Origin: Nitrosopumilus sp.
GTDB lineage: Archaea > Thermoproteota > Nitrososphaeria > Nitrososphaerales > Nitrosopumilaceae
NCBI GenBank assembly: GCA_965207075.1
Contig: CBDBLO010000002.1
Coordinates: 1,632,001-1,696,000 of the forward strand
Direction: 5' to 3'
Length of the DNA stretch: 64,000 bases
Shown here: positions 9,501-19,409 of the stretch, one piece after another
Position numbering within the stretch: the stretch's first letter is position 1
How the letters are laid out: the number at the start of each line of letters is the position of its first letter
Position numbers and translations under genes: made by a program
The notes under the pieces: generated by a model
What the model saw: the letters and a program-made list of their open reading frames with translations, nothing else
The model's database searches: none
Told to the model about the DNA's origin: nothing

Positions 9501-10490
9501 CTACTCTATGACCTCGATCAATTCCTTCAGTTTGCGTCTTGACTTTGGCGGTCTCTTCCTGTCTGGGTATCCGATGCAGAGAATCGAAGACGGCCTTAGT
9601 TTTGTCCCAAGGATCGACTTTATCTTCTCCTCGTCGATCATGCCGATCCAGATTGAGCTCAGTCCCAGGCCCGCCGCAGCGATCAGCGCATGTGATGCTG
9701 CAAGCGTTGCATCCTGAACGGAGAACTTTTCCAGTATGTTTTCAGGGAACTTTAGCTTGACCCGTGACGGATCCATGCAGAACACAAGCACTACCGGGGC
9801 GTTGACATACGGCTGCTTGTTGGCAGCCTCCACAAGAGCCTCCTTTGTCCTGTCATTTTTTACATAAAATATCTTCAGGCCTTGAAAGTTTCCCGCGGTG
9901 GGTGCAGTATCTGCTGCTGCCAGTATCTTGTCAATCTTCCAGTCTTCCACCTTGGTTTTTGCAAACTTTCTCGTGGATCGTCGCGTTGCAAATATCCTAA
10001 AGACATCAGACTCTGGGAGCTGCAGTCCTGTTTTTGTGGGTTCGGAGTGGAGTATGGCGTGCACAAGAGACTGCCGGGTTGCCTGTCCTTCGTGGCTGCT
10101 GTCAGACGGATGTGCCTCTTTTTTCTCCCTGTCTTCCCTTATCCAGACTGAGGGGTAGAATTGTTTTGAGCTGGCGTAAATGTACTGCGGCTCATGCGGT
10201 ATCTTGGCATATTCAAGCACTTGTCTTTGGAGCTCAAAAGTGTCTGCTTCAAGCAACTCATGTCCCTGCAAGGAAAATTGGGTGACGTCTGAATTCACAA
10301 GGATCGTGCTGGTTTGATCCTCCAAGATTACCGTCCCCGTCGAATCCCTCTGCAAAATATCAATGAGGGAATCTAACTCATCCTTGTTGAGGATGACAGT
10401 ATCAGAGTCGTCTTCGTCAATGCCACGCCATACAAGCCTGCACCCGTGTTTTGAAGTGTAGGCCGGCTCTACTTTGCTAAATTTCATCAT
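9501..10490 (-). CDS. nitroreductase family protein with an N-terminal extra domain
   Basis: TRRSTRKF, APTAGNFQ, GLGLSSIWIG, LCIGYP; lower GC than the flanks. Confidence 0.9.
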   Translation of the reverse strand: MMKFSKVEPAYTSKHGCRLVWRGIDEDDSDTVILNKDELDSLIDILQRDSTGTVILEDQTSTILVNSDVTQFSLQGHELLEADTFELQRQVLEYAKIPHEPQYIYASSKQFYPSVWIREDREKKEAHPSDSSHEGQATRQSLVHAILHSEPTKTGLQLPESDVFRIFATRRSTRKFAKTKVEDWKIDKILAAADTAPTAGNFQGLKIFYVKNDRTKEALVEAANKQPYVNAPVVLVFCMDPSRVKLKFPENILEKFSVQDATLAASHALIAAAGLGLSSIWIGMIDEEKIKSILGTKLRPSSILCIGYPDRKRPPKSRRKLKELIEVIE

Positions 10491-10519
10491 GTCCTTTTCT
10501 CCCACCAATAGGATAAAAA

Positions 10520-10800
10520 AGGTGGGATGTGGGCCGGAGGCCCCTGATGGCCGCGTTGAACGGTCTGCCGATATACCGGCTTCCGCGGTCGATCCGTACG
10601 GTCAGCCGCGCCGGATTCGCACCGCCGTGACGGCCCAGCGCGTCCAGCAGCGCCTCGATGGCCGCCCACGCGGTGGCGCCAGTACTGGGCACATAGCCCA
10701 GCCATTAGGGCGCTCTCAATTTGAAAGGGTCCGCCCCATACACCACGTATCGCCATAAACAAAAAAATGACAGAGATGTTGTACGCGTCCCGATTCGCTT
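10520..10800 (-). pseudogene. DDE (rve-type) transposase remnant
   Basis: Fragment WLGYVPSTGATAWAAIEALLDAL...LTVRIDRGSRYIGRPF resembles the second-Asp region (TDxGSQY) of IS3/IS481 transposases; frameshifted. Confidence 0.6.
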
Positions 10801-10920
10801 TCTGCCGCCGTTTGTGAGAAGTGTCCAAACCCACTGCGGATCGGGACAACGCAGGCAAGGCACGCCTGAAAAGAACCAACAAGATCATGGTTTAAATACA
10901 TATGAAAAAGGGTGCCCGCG

Positions 10921-11601
10921 TTGGAGTACGAGATAGTAAAGAACCCGGTGGGACTGGTCGAGTTTACGCTGAACCGCGGGGAGGCAATTACCGCAGAGGC
11001 AGGCGCGATGGCGTTTATCCAGGGACCGGTGCGCACCGAGACTAGGATGCGAAAGGGAGGCCTCTTCAAGTCGCTAAAGGCGGCCGCGTTTGGTGGCGAG
11101 TCCTTCTTTGTAAACGAGTTCATCGCCGAGGAGGACGGCTGCAGGCTGGGCCTGACAGGTAACATGCTGGGTGACATCACGGTGATCGACGTGGACCAGG
11201 AGTTTATCGTCCAATCGGGATCATTTGTCTGCTCAACCACCGATCTGACACTGGATACAAAGTGGCAGGGGTTCAGCAAGGGGATCTTTGGAAGCAACCT
11301 CTTCATGCTCAAAACGGTGGGAACCGGGAAGATGTTCGTCAACGCGTGGGGCGGAATAATCGCCAAAAAGCTAGAGCGCGGGGAGAGGATGATTCTGGAC
11401 AACTACCAGCTGGTGGCGCTGACCACTACGGCCGAATACCGTGTGACGAAGCACGGCAGCCTGAAGACGTCGCTGTTCGGGGGTGAGGCCCTTGTCCTTG
11501 AGATCATGGGCCCGGGCACGGTCTACATCCAGACTAAGAATGTGATGGAGTTTGCAAGGGCGCTGATTCCGTTTCTTCCAAAGCGCGGCCTGGGCAACTG
11601 A
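10921..11601 (+). CDS. TIGR00266 / AIM24 family protein
   Basis: AEAGAM, GGESFFVN, FGGEALV, GPGTVYIQT; TTTAAATA box at 10891. Confidence 0.92.
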   Translation: MEYEIVKNPVGLVEFTLNRGEAITAEAGAMAFIQGPVRTETRMRKGGLFKSLKAAAFGGESFFVNEFIAEEDGCRLGLTGNMLGDITVIDVDQEFIVQSGSFVCSTTDLTLDTKWQGFSKGIFGSNLFMLKTVGTGKMFVNAWGGIIAKKLERGERMILDNYQLVALTTTAEYRVTKHGSLKTSLFGGEALVLEIMGPGTVYIQTKNVMEFARALIPFLPKRGLGN

Positions 11602-11753
11602 CTCGATCCTGCAGGCCGCCGACCATAGACAAGACCTCAAGCTCGGGACGACGCCAGAGGGCGCCATTTTCCCCCCCCCCCTCCCTCTCCCTCTCCTTCC
11701 CCCACAACCCCACCTGTTCACCTTCCTGAGGTATCCGGGCATGCCGGCGCCTG

Positions 11754-13220
11754 CTACCTGTGCCTCTTTCCGTGAAACATGAGGTGCGAGACGGCCATGG
11801 TGGCAGCGGCGAGAATAGCGCCGGCAAAGTTGCGCGCCACTATCACCTCGCTTGGCAGCGCCGCTATGATCGGTGAGCCAAGCGCAACGTGGGCGTTGTC
11901 GACAAGCCAGAATGCGACTGCCGCCGCGGACAGTACGCCGGCAATCAGGTATCCCAGCCGCGTCCCCGCAACGACCATAGCCGCCGCGGCCACAATGGCG
12001 GCAAGCCACAGTGCCGAGCCCGACAGCCAGAGAGGATGGTACGCGTCGGCCCTGCCGTCCAGCCAATAGTAGGAAGTTCCAATCGCCCCAAGCATAACCA
12101 GCATGGCCAGAACCGCGGCACGGCCAGCCCCCTGACCGCCGCCCCCGGTTTCCACTGCCCCCTTCTCTTGTGTTCCCCCTGCGGCGGCAAGCCTCCGAGT
12201 CTCCCCGATGGCAATATCGATGGACTCGCGCACGGGCTTGGGCCGGATCTTGATTATGTCAGACATCGAGTCGTCCGTAACCACCGTATCGTGCACAAGG
12301 CTGTCTATGAGTGGCCTGGCAAGCGACGCCCGGACGGGGGTCACCAGGTCCACCCAGTACGACGAGAGCCGCGTCGTCAGGAAGGGTATCTGCAGTATGA
12401 ACAATCTTCTGCCAAGTCGCCCGGCATACATCCTCATGAGGTCCTCGTAGGTGACCCTGTCGGGGCCTCCGATCTCAAGAATCCTTCCGACGGTGGCATC
12501 GGCCGTCAGGCACCTTGCCAGGTACTCTATTACGTCTCCCACTGCAATGGGCTGGGCCATGGACTTTACCCACGAGGGGCAGACCATCACGCTCAGCCGC
12601 TCCACAAGGTACTGCAGCATCTCGTACGAGCTTCCGCGGGCGCCGATTATCAGGGAGGCCCTGAGCTCCGTCACCGGGATGCCGCCTGAGGCCAGCGCCT
12701 CCCCGACCTCCTTTCTGCTCCTCATGTGGGGCGAGAGGTGGCGGCCCGCGTCGTGAAGCCCGCCAAGATAGATGATCCTCTTCACGCCCGCCCGCGTTGC
12801 GGCCCCAAGAAAGTTTCTGGCCTGGAGCATCTCCCGCTCTGCAAACTTCTGCCATGTGCCGCTTCCGCCCTCCATCGAATGTATCAGGTAGTACGCGACA
12901 TCCACGCCGCGCATGGCCCTCCCGAGCCCCTCGGGATCAAACGCGTCGGCCTGGACATATCGCACGTTTTTGGAGGGGCCGGCGCCCTGCCCGCCCGTCC
13001 GCCTCCGGCTCATTCCTACTACGTCAAACCCGTCTGAGGCCAGCCGCGGGATCAGCCTCGAGCCGATGAACCCAGTCGCGCCGGTAACCAGAACCGTGGG
13101 CGACGCGGCGCGGTGCGAGTCCGCGTCGTGCCTCTGCAGTTGCCGCGCGCCCCGCCTTTTCATATCGTCCTGTCCCTCGGCGCGCGCCGCACCGGGTGAC
13201 GCGTCTGGCGCATACTCCAT
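11754..13220 (-). CDS. NAD(P)-dependent epimerase/SDR (YbjT-like) with C-terminal membrane helices
   Basis: VLVTGATGFIG, AYYLIHSM, ELRASLIIG, QPIAVGDV; hydrophobic C-terminus; start uncertain. Confidence 0.85.
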   Translation of the reverse strand: MEYAPDASPGAARAEGQDDMKRRGARQLQRHDADSHRAASPTVLVTGATGFIGSRLIPRLASDGFDVVGMSRRRTGGQGAGPSKNVRYVQADAFDPEGLGRAMRGVDVAYYLIHSMEGGSGTWQKFAEREMLQARNFLGAATRAGVKRIIYLGGLHDAGRHLSPHMRSRKEVGEALASGGIPVTELRASLIIGARGSSYEMLQYLVERLSVMVCPSWVKSMAQPIAVGDVIEYLARCLTADATVGRILEIGGPDRVTYEDLMRMYAGRLGRRLFILQIPFLTTRLSSYWVDLVTPVRASLARPLIDSLVHDTVVTDDSMSDIIKIRPKPVRESIDIAIGETRRLAAAGGTQEKGAVETGGGGQGAGRAAVLAMLVMLGAIGTSYYWLDGRADAYHPLWLSGSALWLAAIVAAAAMVVAGTRLGYLIAGVLSAAAVAFWLVDNAHVALGSPIIAALPSEVIVARNFAGAILAAATMAVSHLMFHGKRHR

Positions 13221-13455
13221 CTTACGCACGGGGCGTGGAACCTCCGTATTTAATGCAATAATGCGGCAGCGGCATCCGGCCGTGTTGCATTTGTCCCCCC
13301 TCCCACCCCAAGCGGCACGAAGCCGCTTTCCGCACCGAACCCGCAGCAGACATCTTGCGCGCTCCACTTCAGATAACTCGCAAGAGGCGCCGCCGCAGAC
13401 CCGAGAAAGGGCCGCCGCCTGCCCTTGGGCCGCCCTGCAAAAACCGCAGCGGCCG

Positions 13456-15279
13456 CTAGCCCCCTCCGGATGCTGCCCTCTTCTGAATTCTGGCGTTGTT
13501 CGGATCAAGGTCGGGCCAGACAACGTCGTAGCCCATGCAGGACAAGAGCTCGGCGTGGCACTCCTCCGGGATTTTGGCGCCTGCCAGTATGCGGCACGCG
13601 TCCACAAACCCTTCGGGGCCGCCGTCAACCGCCTCTGACATCTCGGATACCTTTGCCGCCGATACCATAAACGGGCCCGCCCGGACGTACCTCCCGGGCG
13701 CGGACGCCTCGAACATGCCGGGCACGGCGCCCTCCGGCACCTTACGCCTGACTGCAACGTCCCGTATCGCAATCACGTCGGCGCCGACATCACCCGGCGA
13801 GAGCCGCGCGCCGGAGGCCGCCTCGCGCTCCAGCTCGGCGTCAATCTCGCCCAGGTGGTCCAGTATGGGCTTTACCGATATGTCCCTGCCGAACATAAAG
13901 ACGCCCGGCAGCCCGGCAACCTCCGAGGCCTGCGAGCACAGGAGCGAGGAGTCGATTCCCACAAGCATGTCGATGCCGCCACCGCCGCCGGCCCCCGGGC
14001 CTGCCCCGGGCCGGCCCCTGCCGGCGGTGGTGGCGGGCTCAACCAGCAGCATGTCGCGCAGCTTTGCGAACTTTCGGCGGATATAGTCGGGGGTCCAGAA
14101 CCCGACGATCTCAAGGTATACGCGCCGCCCAAGCCGCTCAAACACAAAGTCCGGCAGCATGGCCTTGTTTCCGGATATGAGCGGCCCGGGCTCCCGCGTC
14201 ATGCGCCATCCGAGCGGGTCGCCGCGCCCCAGATGCGCGTACAGGATGTCGGCAAACTTTTGCTCGACTGCGCTGTCGTACTGCTGCGGGTCCGCGTCGG
14301 TTCCATGCCGAGGCCCGTACTCGGTTCCCCTCAGGTGGGCATGCGCGGAGTCGCTTGCCATCTCAAATCTGTACAGTTTCACTCCGCCCGGCGTCTTTCT
14401 TGAGATTGTGGCGTCAATCCACCACGACGGGGTGCGGGTTATCACCGGAAGCAGGCGCGCAAAGGCGGTGCCGTACTTGGTGGTCATCTTGAAGACGCTG
14501 AGAGGCCCCTCAAGTATGCAGCGCAACGGGACCTCGCCTTCCTTGCTGCTGCTGCTGCCGCCGCCGTCCTTCCTCTTGCCCGCGCTGTCGCCTGCCTCCA
14601 GCACGTACATGAGCCCGCGCGCCTTTACCGCCCTCAGTATCTCCTTCCAGTACGGGCCCTCGCTGACGTAAAACTCCATCCTGGCGCAGCCAAACAGCAG
14701 GGTCTGAGCAAGCGACATGTTGTACCACAGCAGCAGGTCCCCGACGGAGATTGCATCAAAGCGCTCCAGCGCCTGGTTCTCCTCCAGGTCGGCCCACATG
14801 ACGCGCGGGACGTCGGGCGGCCGGATGCCGCACGCGTCGGCCGCCCTTCTCATTATCGCGTCCCTCTTTGCAGCGGACGTGGCAAGCCCCGCCGCGGACG
14901 ACTCGGCGAAGAGGGCGCGCCTCACGTCGTACGGGTCGAGCCCCGGCGGGCAGGACTCCGGCCTCTGCGTCGCAAACGAGGACCTGCGCTCAAGCAGCGT
15001 GCGGAGACCCCTGACGAGCTTGTAGTCATAGTCGGGCTCCATGTCAGATATCGTGCGGTGCAGCTGGCCCCGGCTCGTGCCGCTTGCAGACGCGTCTTCG
15101 AACTTTGAGATGAGTTCGGAGGCAAGCTCGCGCTCGGTGTCGGCGGCGGCAGCCGCGCCGCCCTTGGAGGCTCCGTCGCCGCCTCCCCCTGCCCCCGTAT
15201 CGGAACCGCCCACGCTGCAGAACATGGGGTATATCCTGCCCCTGCTCGTGCGGGCGCGCAGCAGCTCAGACGGCAGCAT
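13456..15279 (-). CDS. bax1: DUF790 family endonuclease (Bax1-like, XPB partner)
   Basis: MLPSELL start, YNMSLAQTLLF, YDSAVEQKF, PDF..EIVGFWTPDY; TAATG overlap with the helicase. Confidence 0.9.
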   Translation of the reverse strand: MLPSELLRARTSRGRIYPMFCSVGGSDTGAGGGGDGASKGGAAAAADTERELASELISKFEDASASGTSRGQLHRTISDMEPDYDYKLVRGLRTLLERRSSFATQRPESCPPGLDPYDVRRALFAESSAAGLATSAAKRDAIMRRAADACGIRPPDVPRVMWADLEENQALERFDAISVGDLLLWYNMSLAQTLLFGCARMEFYVSEGPYWKEILRAVKARGLMYVLEAGDSAGKRKDGGGSSSSKEGEVPLRCILEGPLSVFKMTTKYGTAFARLLPVITRTPSWWIDATISRKTPGGVKLYRFEMASDSAHAHLRGTEYGPRHGTDADPQQYDSAVEQKFADILYAHLGRGDPLGWRMTREPGPLISGNKAMLPDFVFERLGRRVYLEIVGFWTPDYIRRKFAKLRDMLLVEPATTAGRGRPGAGPGAGGGGGIDMLVGIDSSLLCSQASEVAGLPGVFMFGRDISVKPILDHLGEIDAELEREAASGARLSPGDVGADVIAIRDVAVRRKVPEGAVPGMFEASAPGRYVRAGPFMVSAAKVSEMSEAVDGGPEGFVDACRILAGAKIPEECHAELLSCMGYDVVWPDLDPNNARIQKRAASGGG

Positions 15280-16817
15280 TACCGGTCACCGGCCCCCCCC
15301 CCGCGGCGCCGCCCCTGTCCCGTGGCGCGGCTCCCCGCGGCGCGCCCCGCCGCGTTGCGGCGCAGCGCCGCGGTGCGCCTTGCGCTGCTGCCCACCTCCC
15401 GGGTCTCCTCGGATACGATCTCGATCAGTCTGGCCCTGGCGTCGTCCCTCTTTGGGCGCAGCAGCCTTCCAAGCCTCTGCACCATCTCCCTGCCGCTCCC
15501 CGTGCCGCTCACGATGACGCCGAGCTCCGCGTCGGGCACGTCGACCCCCTCGTCAAGCACGCGGGACGTGACGACGGCCACGTATCTTCCGTCCCTGAAT
15601 CCGTCAAGTACGTCCCTGCGCTCGGCCTTTGCGGTCTTGTGGGTTATTATCGGTATGAGGAACCTGTCGGATATGGAGTGCGCCATCTTGTTGTTCTGCG
15701 TGAATATTATGGTCTTCCTCCTCGCCCCCGGGGCATCCGCGGAGGCGTCACGGCCGCGCGCGGTGGCGCGCCCGCAGTTCTCGGACAGTATCCGCCCAAG
15801 CTCGGCCGTCTTCGCGGCGGCGTTGAATGCAATCTCGTTTGCCCTGTTCCTTGCAAGCAGCGCGCTGCGGGCCCCCTTGCTGCGGTTTGATATGAGGATG
15901 AGCCGCTTTAGGTTGTACATGGACTCGGTCCTCATGCCGAGCCCCCGCAGCCCCGCGAGGAACTTGGACCTGCACCTTGCATACTCGGCCTGCTCGGCGT
16001 CCGTCAGGCGCACGCGTATCCTCTGCACGTCATACTTGGCAAGGTGCCTCTTGGCGGCAAGCTCCCCCGAGCCCCTCGTGTACACGACGCCGCCGGCCAG
16101 CCTCGGAATCTCGGAGTGCAGCCCGTCCTCGCGCTCAAGCGTGGCAGTCAGCCCCAGCCGGAACGGCGCGATGCACTGCTCTGCGACCAGCCTGTAGCCC
16201 GGGGCGGGCAGGTGGTGCACCTCGTCGAACACCAGGAGCCCGAACCTGTTCCCAAGCTCCGCGGCCCTGGCGTACGCGGAGTCGTACGTGGACACTGTCA
16301 CCGCCCGGATGTCGTCGTACCCGCCGCCGAGCCGCCCGACTGCAACCGTTCCGCCGCTGCCGCTGCCGCCATCCGCACGATCGCGCTCATATCCCATTAC
16401 GCGCAGGTTGCCGCGGAGGAACTCCGTCCACTGGTGCAGCAGGTCAATGGTGGGGACCAGCACGAGGGCGGGCACGGCGGCCCTGCAGATGGCGTGCATG
16501 CCGACGGCCGTCTTGCCGGAGCCCGTCGGAAGCACCACGCACCCCCTCATCCCCGCCCTCTGCCAGCTGTCGACCGCGTCCTGCTGGTAGTCCCTCAGCT
16601 GCATCTCCGCGTGCAGCGCGGGCATGGCCTCGTACTGCCTCACCTCGTCGTCGTGCGCAATCTCGCTCTCCTCCAGATACCTGAGGACGCCGGGGTAGCT
16701 CATCCCGTACGCCCGCAGGGTCCCGCTGCGCTCGTCGTACCTGGCATCCGGGATCTCCAGCATCCGGGCGTTCTCGATGCGTATCGTCCCGTGGTCAAAG
16801 ACGAGGCGCGGGTGCAT
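15279..16817 (-). CDS. xpb: XPB/Rad25-type DEAD/DEAH helicase
   Basis: LRDYQ, LPTGSGKT, DEVHH, GLTAT, LDEGVDVPD, QRLGRLLR. Confidence 0.93.
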   Translation of the reverse strand: MHPRLVFDHGTIRIENARMLEIPDARYDERSGTLRAYGMSYPGVLRYLEESEIAHDDEVRQYEAMPALHAEMQLRDYQQDAVDSWQRAGMRGCVVLPTGSGKTAVGMHAICRAAVPALVLVPTIDLLHQWTEFLRGNLRVMGYERDRADGGSGSGGTVAVGRLGGGYDDIRAVTVSTYDSAYARAAELGNRFGLLVFDEVHHLPAPGYRLVAEQCIAPFRLGLTATLEREDGLHSEIPRLAGGVVYTRGSGELAAKRHLAKYDVQRIRVRLTDAEQAEYARCRSKFLAGLRGLGMRTESMYNLKRLILISNRSKGARSALLARNRANEIAFNAAAKTAELGRILSENCGRATARGRDASADAPGARRKTIIFTQNNKMAHSISDRFLIPIITHKTAKAERRDVLDGFRDGRYVAVVTSRVLDEGVDVPDAELGVIVSGTGSGREMVQRLGRLLRPKRDDARARLIEIVSEETREVGSSARRTAALRRNAAGRAAGSRATGQGRRRGGGAGDR

Positions 16818-16980
16818 ACACCGTACATGGCGGGGCGGCAGTTATAGGTATGCGGGCCCACGCCGGCTAGGCCGGGGCGGCGCAGGCCTCGCCCATGACT
16901 CCACACTTAAAAAGTCTACAAAATACTTATATAGTTGTTAAATCAACATTACAGAGTAGAATAAAAAGCTTTGGAGGCGT

Positions 16981-17913
16981 TTGGTAATGGAGATAGCAGG
17001 CTCGATCAATGCAAAGGAGAGGTGCCCGAGGTGCGCCCGCGACACCATGATCACGGACGGAAGCACGGGCGAGAACTTTTGCGGCAGCTGCGGCTACGTG
17101 GTGTCCGAGAAGGCAGAGGAGTCGGGCCCCGAGTGGCGCTCGTTCTCAAACGAGGGGGAGAACAAGAGCAGGGCCGGCGTGCCCACGTCCCTTGCCATGC
17201 ACGACATGGGGCTTGCAACCATCATCAACCCCCAGAACAGGGACGCCACAGGCAAGCCGCTGGCCGCGTCCATGAAGAGCACCATCGAGAGGCTGCGCAC
17301 GTGGGACAACAGGAGCCAGGTGCACGAGCCGGTCGACCGCAACTTCAGGCAGGCGTTCAGCGAGCTTGACAGGCTAAAGGACAAGCTCGGGGTCGGGGAG
17401 GCCGTCATCGAGAAGGCGGCCCACATATACAGAAAGGCCCTCGAGAAGGGGCTCGTCAGGGGGAGGTCTATATCGGCCCTCATAGCGTCCGCGCTGTACG
17501 CGGCGTGCCGCGTCACGGAGACGCCCCGCACGCTCAAGGACATAGGCCAGGCAAGCAACATAAAGCGCAAGGACATCGCAAGGTGCTACAGGCTGCTCCT
17601 CAGGGAGCTTGACATTACGATGCCCGTAGTCGATCCCATAAAGTGCATCTCAAGGATCGCAAGCAAGGCGGAGCTCTCCGAGCGCACAAAGCGCCACGCA
17701 ACGAAGATACTAAAGCTCGCCGAGCAGCACAAGATATCGGCCGGAAAGGACCCGATGGGGCTGGCTGCCGCCGCGCTGTACGTGGCGTGCACCGAGTGCG
17801 GCGAGAACAAGACCCAGAGGGACGTGGCCGAGGCCGCCGGCGTGACGGAGGTTACCATACGCAACAGGTACAAGGGGCTCAAGACGGCGCTAGACGGGAT
17901 GGTCTCGGCGTAG
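16981..17913 (+). CDS. tfb: transcription initiation factor IIB (TFB)
   Basis: CPRC..CGSCG zinc ribbon, GPEWRSF, two cyclin repeats, GVTEVTIRNRY. Confidence 0.98.
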   Translation: MVMEIAGSINAKERCPRCARDTMITDGSTGENFCGSCGYVVSEKAEESGPEWRSFSNEGENKSRAGVPTSLAMHDMGLATIINPQNRDATGKPLAASMKSTIERLRTWDNRSQVHEPVDRNFRQAFSELDRLKDKLGVGEAVIEKAAHIYRKALEKGLVRGRSISALIASALYAACRVTETPRTLKDIGQASNIKRKDIARCYRLLLRELDITMPVVDPIKCISRIASKAELSERTKRHATKILKLAEQHKISAGKDPMGLAAAALYVACTECGENKTQRDVAEAAGVTEVTIRNRYKGLKTALDGMVSA

Positions 17914-19044
17914 GGAACCGGCAGTTCTTGACGAAATTATTATCGCGATTACCGACAGGATCCCGCATACGGCCAGTATCACCTCCACTGAGAGCATCAT
18001 GGTGTGGGAGAACGCCTCCTCCAGCGGGACGAGGTGCGTCTGCGATATGAAGTGGGCGTGCGAGAATATGAAGTAGTTGGTGGCCCAGTGGACCAGGACC
18101 GACGCGACAAACCCGTACCTGACGTACACCCACCCCAGGATGATTCCGCCGGCGGCCGCCTGCGCAAACTTGCCCTCGCTCCACGGCTCGCCCAGCGCTA
18201 TGTGCGCAAAGCCGAACAGGAGCCCTACTGCCACGATCACCGCGAGCGCCCTCCTGTGATCGTCGATGCCGACCGCGTCGGGGCGCCACAGGCAGCGCGC
18301 CACGTACCGGAACGAGAAGCGCCCAGAATACATCAGGAAGACGGGTATCCCGACAAGCACGAGCCTAAAGCCGGTCTCCTCCACGATTGGCGCAAGCGAC
18401 ACGTAAAAGAACTCCACAAGGTCGTTTTCGGACTCGGGCGGGGCGGTCTCTATGCCTACATATCCCTGCGCGGCCGTTATTACGATTGACGCAAGCACCA
18501 GTATGGAGAACCACGTTATGACACCCAGCATGGAGTTGTCAAACCGGTGCGCCGTGCGCCGGCCCGCTATGACGTCAGATATGGCGCCCATAAACCCGCG
18601 GGCGGGGCCCATGCATGCGGTTGCAAACGCAACCAGGTACCCAAGCCACAGTATCACGAACGCGTCGCCGACTGACACCGGCGTGGGGGCAAGGTGCAGC
18701 CCCGTGCCCTCAAACAGGCTCAGGTGCGTCAGCGGCAGGTCGTAGTTGATGTCCCCCCCTATGCCGCTTGCAAAGACCACGAACGCCCCCATCGGGAAGG
18801 ATGCCAGAAACAGTCCGAACGTCACCGATATGAGGGCGGCGTGGGGGACTCCGAGCAGCTGCCGCGCAAGGGACTGCCTTGCCAGGGCGGCAGGCGCGGG
18901 GCTGCTGCCGCTGCTGCTGCCGGCAGCAGCGCCACTGTCGTCATCGGCGCGGCGGCCCGCGTCGTTGCAGTCGCCCCGGTCCTGTCCGCCCCGCGCGCCG
19001 CCGACGTCATCATCGTCAATGCTGCCGCTGCTGTCCGGGGGCAT
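17890..19044 (-). CDS. CPBP (CAAX-type) intramembrane metalloprotease
   Basis: APIVEETGFR, LFGFAH, VLVHWATN motifs; multiple TM segments. Confidence 0.88.
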   Translation of the reverse strand: MPPDSSGSIDDDDVGGARGGQDRGDCNDAGRRADDDSGAAAGSSSGSSPAPAALARQSLARQLLGVPHAALISVTFGLFLASFPMGAFVVFASGIGGDINYDLPLTHLSLFEGTGLHLAPTPVSVGDAFVILWLGYLVAFATACMGPARGFMGAISDVIAGRRTAHRFDNSMLGVITWFSILVLASIVITAAQGYVGIETAPPESENDLVEFFYVSLAPIVEETGFRLVLVGIPVFLMYSGRFSFRYVARCLWRPDAVGIDDHRRALAVIVAVGLLFGFAHIALGEPWSEGKFAQAAAGGIILGWVYVRYGFVASVLVHWATNYFIFSHAHFISQTHLVPLEEAFSHTMMLSVEVILAVCGILSVIAIIISSRTAGSLRRDHPV

Positions 19045-19045
19045 C

Positions 19046-19354
19046 TCAATGCAGCTCTATGCTCTCCTCGGCAAAGCCGAGCGAGACCAGCGTGTCCTTT
19101 ATCGTGTCGCGGTGGTCGCCCTGCAGAAAGATGTATCCCTCCTTTGCCGTTCCGCCGCAGGCGTACTTGTTTTTGAGATCCTTCGCGACCGTCTCAAGGC
19201 TGTTGATCTTGGGATCGAGCCCCTCGATCATCGTCCCCTTCTTCTTAAAGCGCCGCGTCTCCAGCCTGATTATAATCTTGGTGCTGTCCTTGGCAAGCTC
19301 CCCACATGCGCATAAGTCATCGGGTAGGCCACACGTATTACAGATTACCGCCAC
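19046..19354 (-). CDS. sui1: translation initiation factor aIF1/SUI1
   Basis: CNTCGLPDDLCAC, LKNKYACGGT, LQGDHR. Confidence 0.96.
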   Translation of the reverse strand: MAVICNTCGLPDDLCACGELAKDSTKIIIRLETRRFKKKGTMIEGLDPKINSLETVAKDLKNKYACGGTAKEGYIFLQGDHRDTIKDTLVSLGFAEESIELH

Positions 19355-19380
19355 GTTCGTTACCGATTGGCATCACATGC

Positions 19381-19394
19381 TATTAAGGTTTGAG
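19381..19394 (-). promoter_or_regulatory. BRE-TATA of the aIF1/SUI1 gene
   Basis: Minus-strand CTCAAA-CCTTAATA about 27 nt upstream of the GTG start. Confidence 0.65.
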
Positions 19395-19409
19395 GAGATC
19401 TTGACTCGT
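19395..19409 (+). repeat. 15-bp direct repeat GAGATCTTGACTCGT, copy 1 (target-site duplication)
   Basis: Identical copies at 20747-20761 and 21800-21814. Confidence 0.95.

Noticed and set aside
15279-15302. G10 run near the XPB-Bax1 junction as a frameshift fusion switch
   Set aside because: Shifting into the Bax1 frame meets TGA before the Bax1 ATG, so no fusion results
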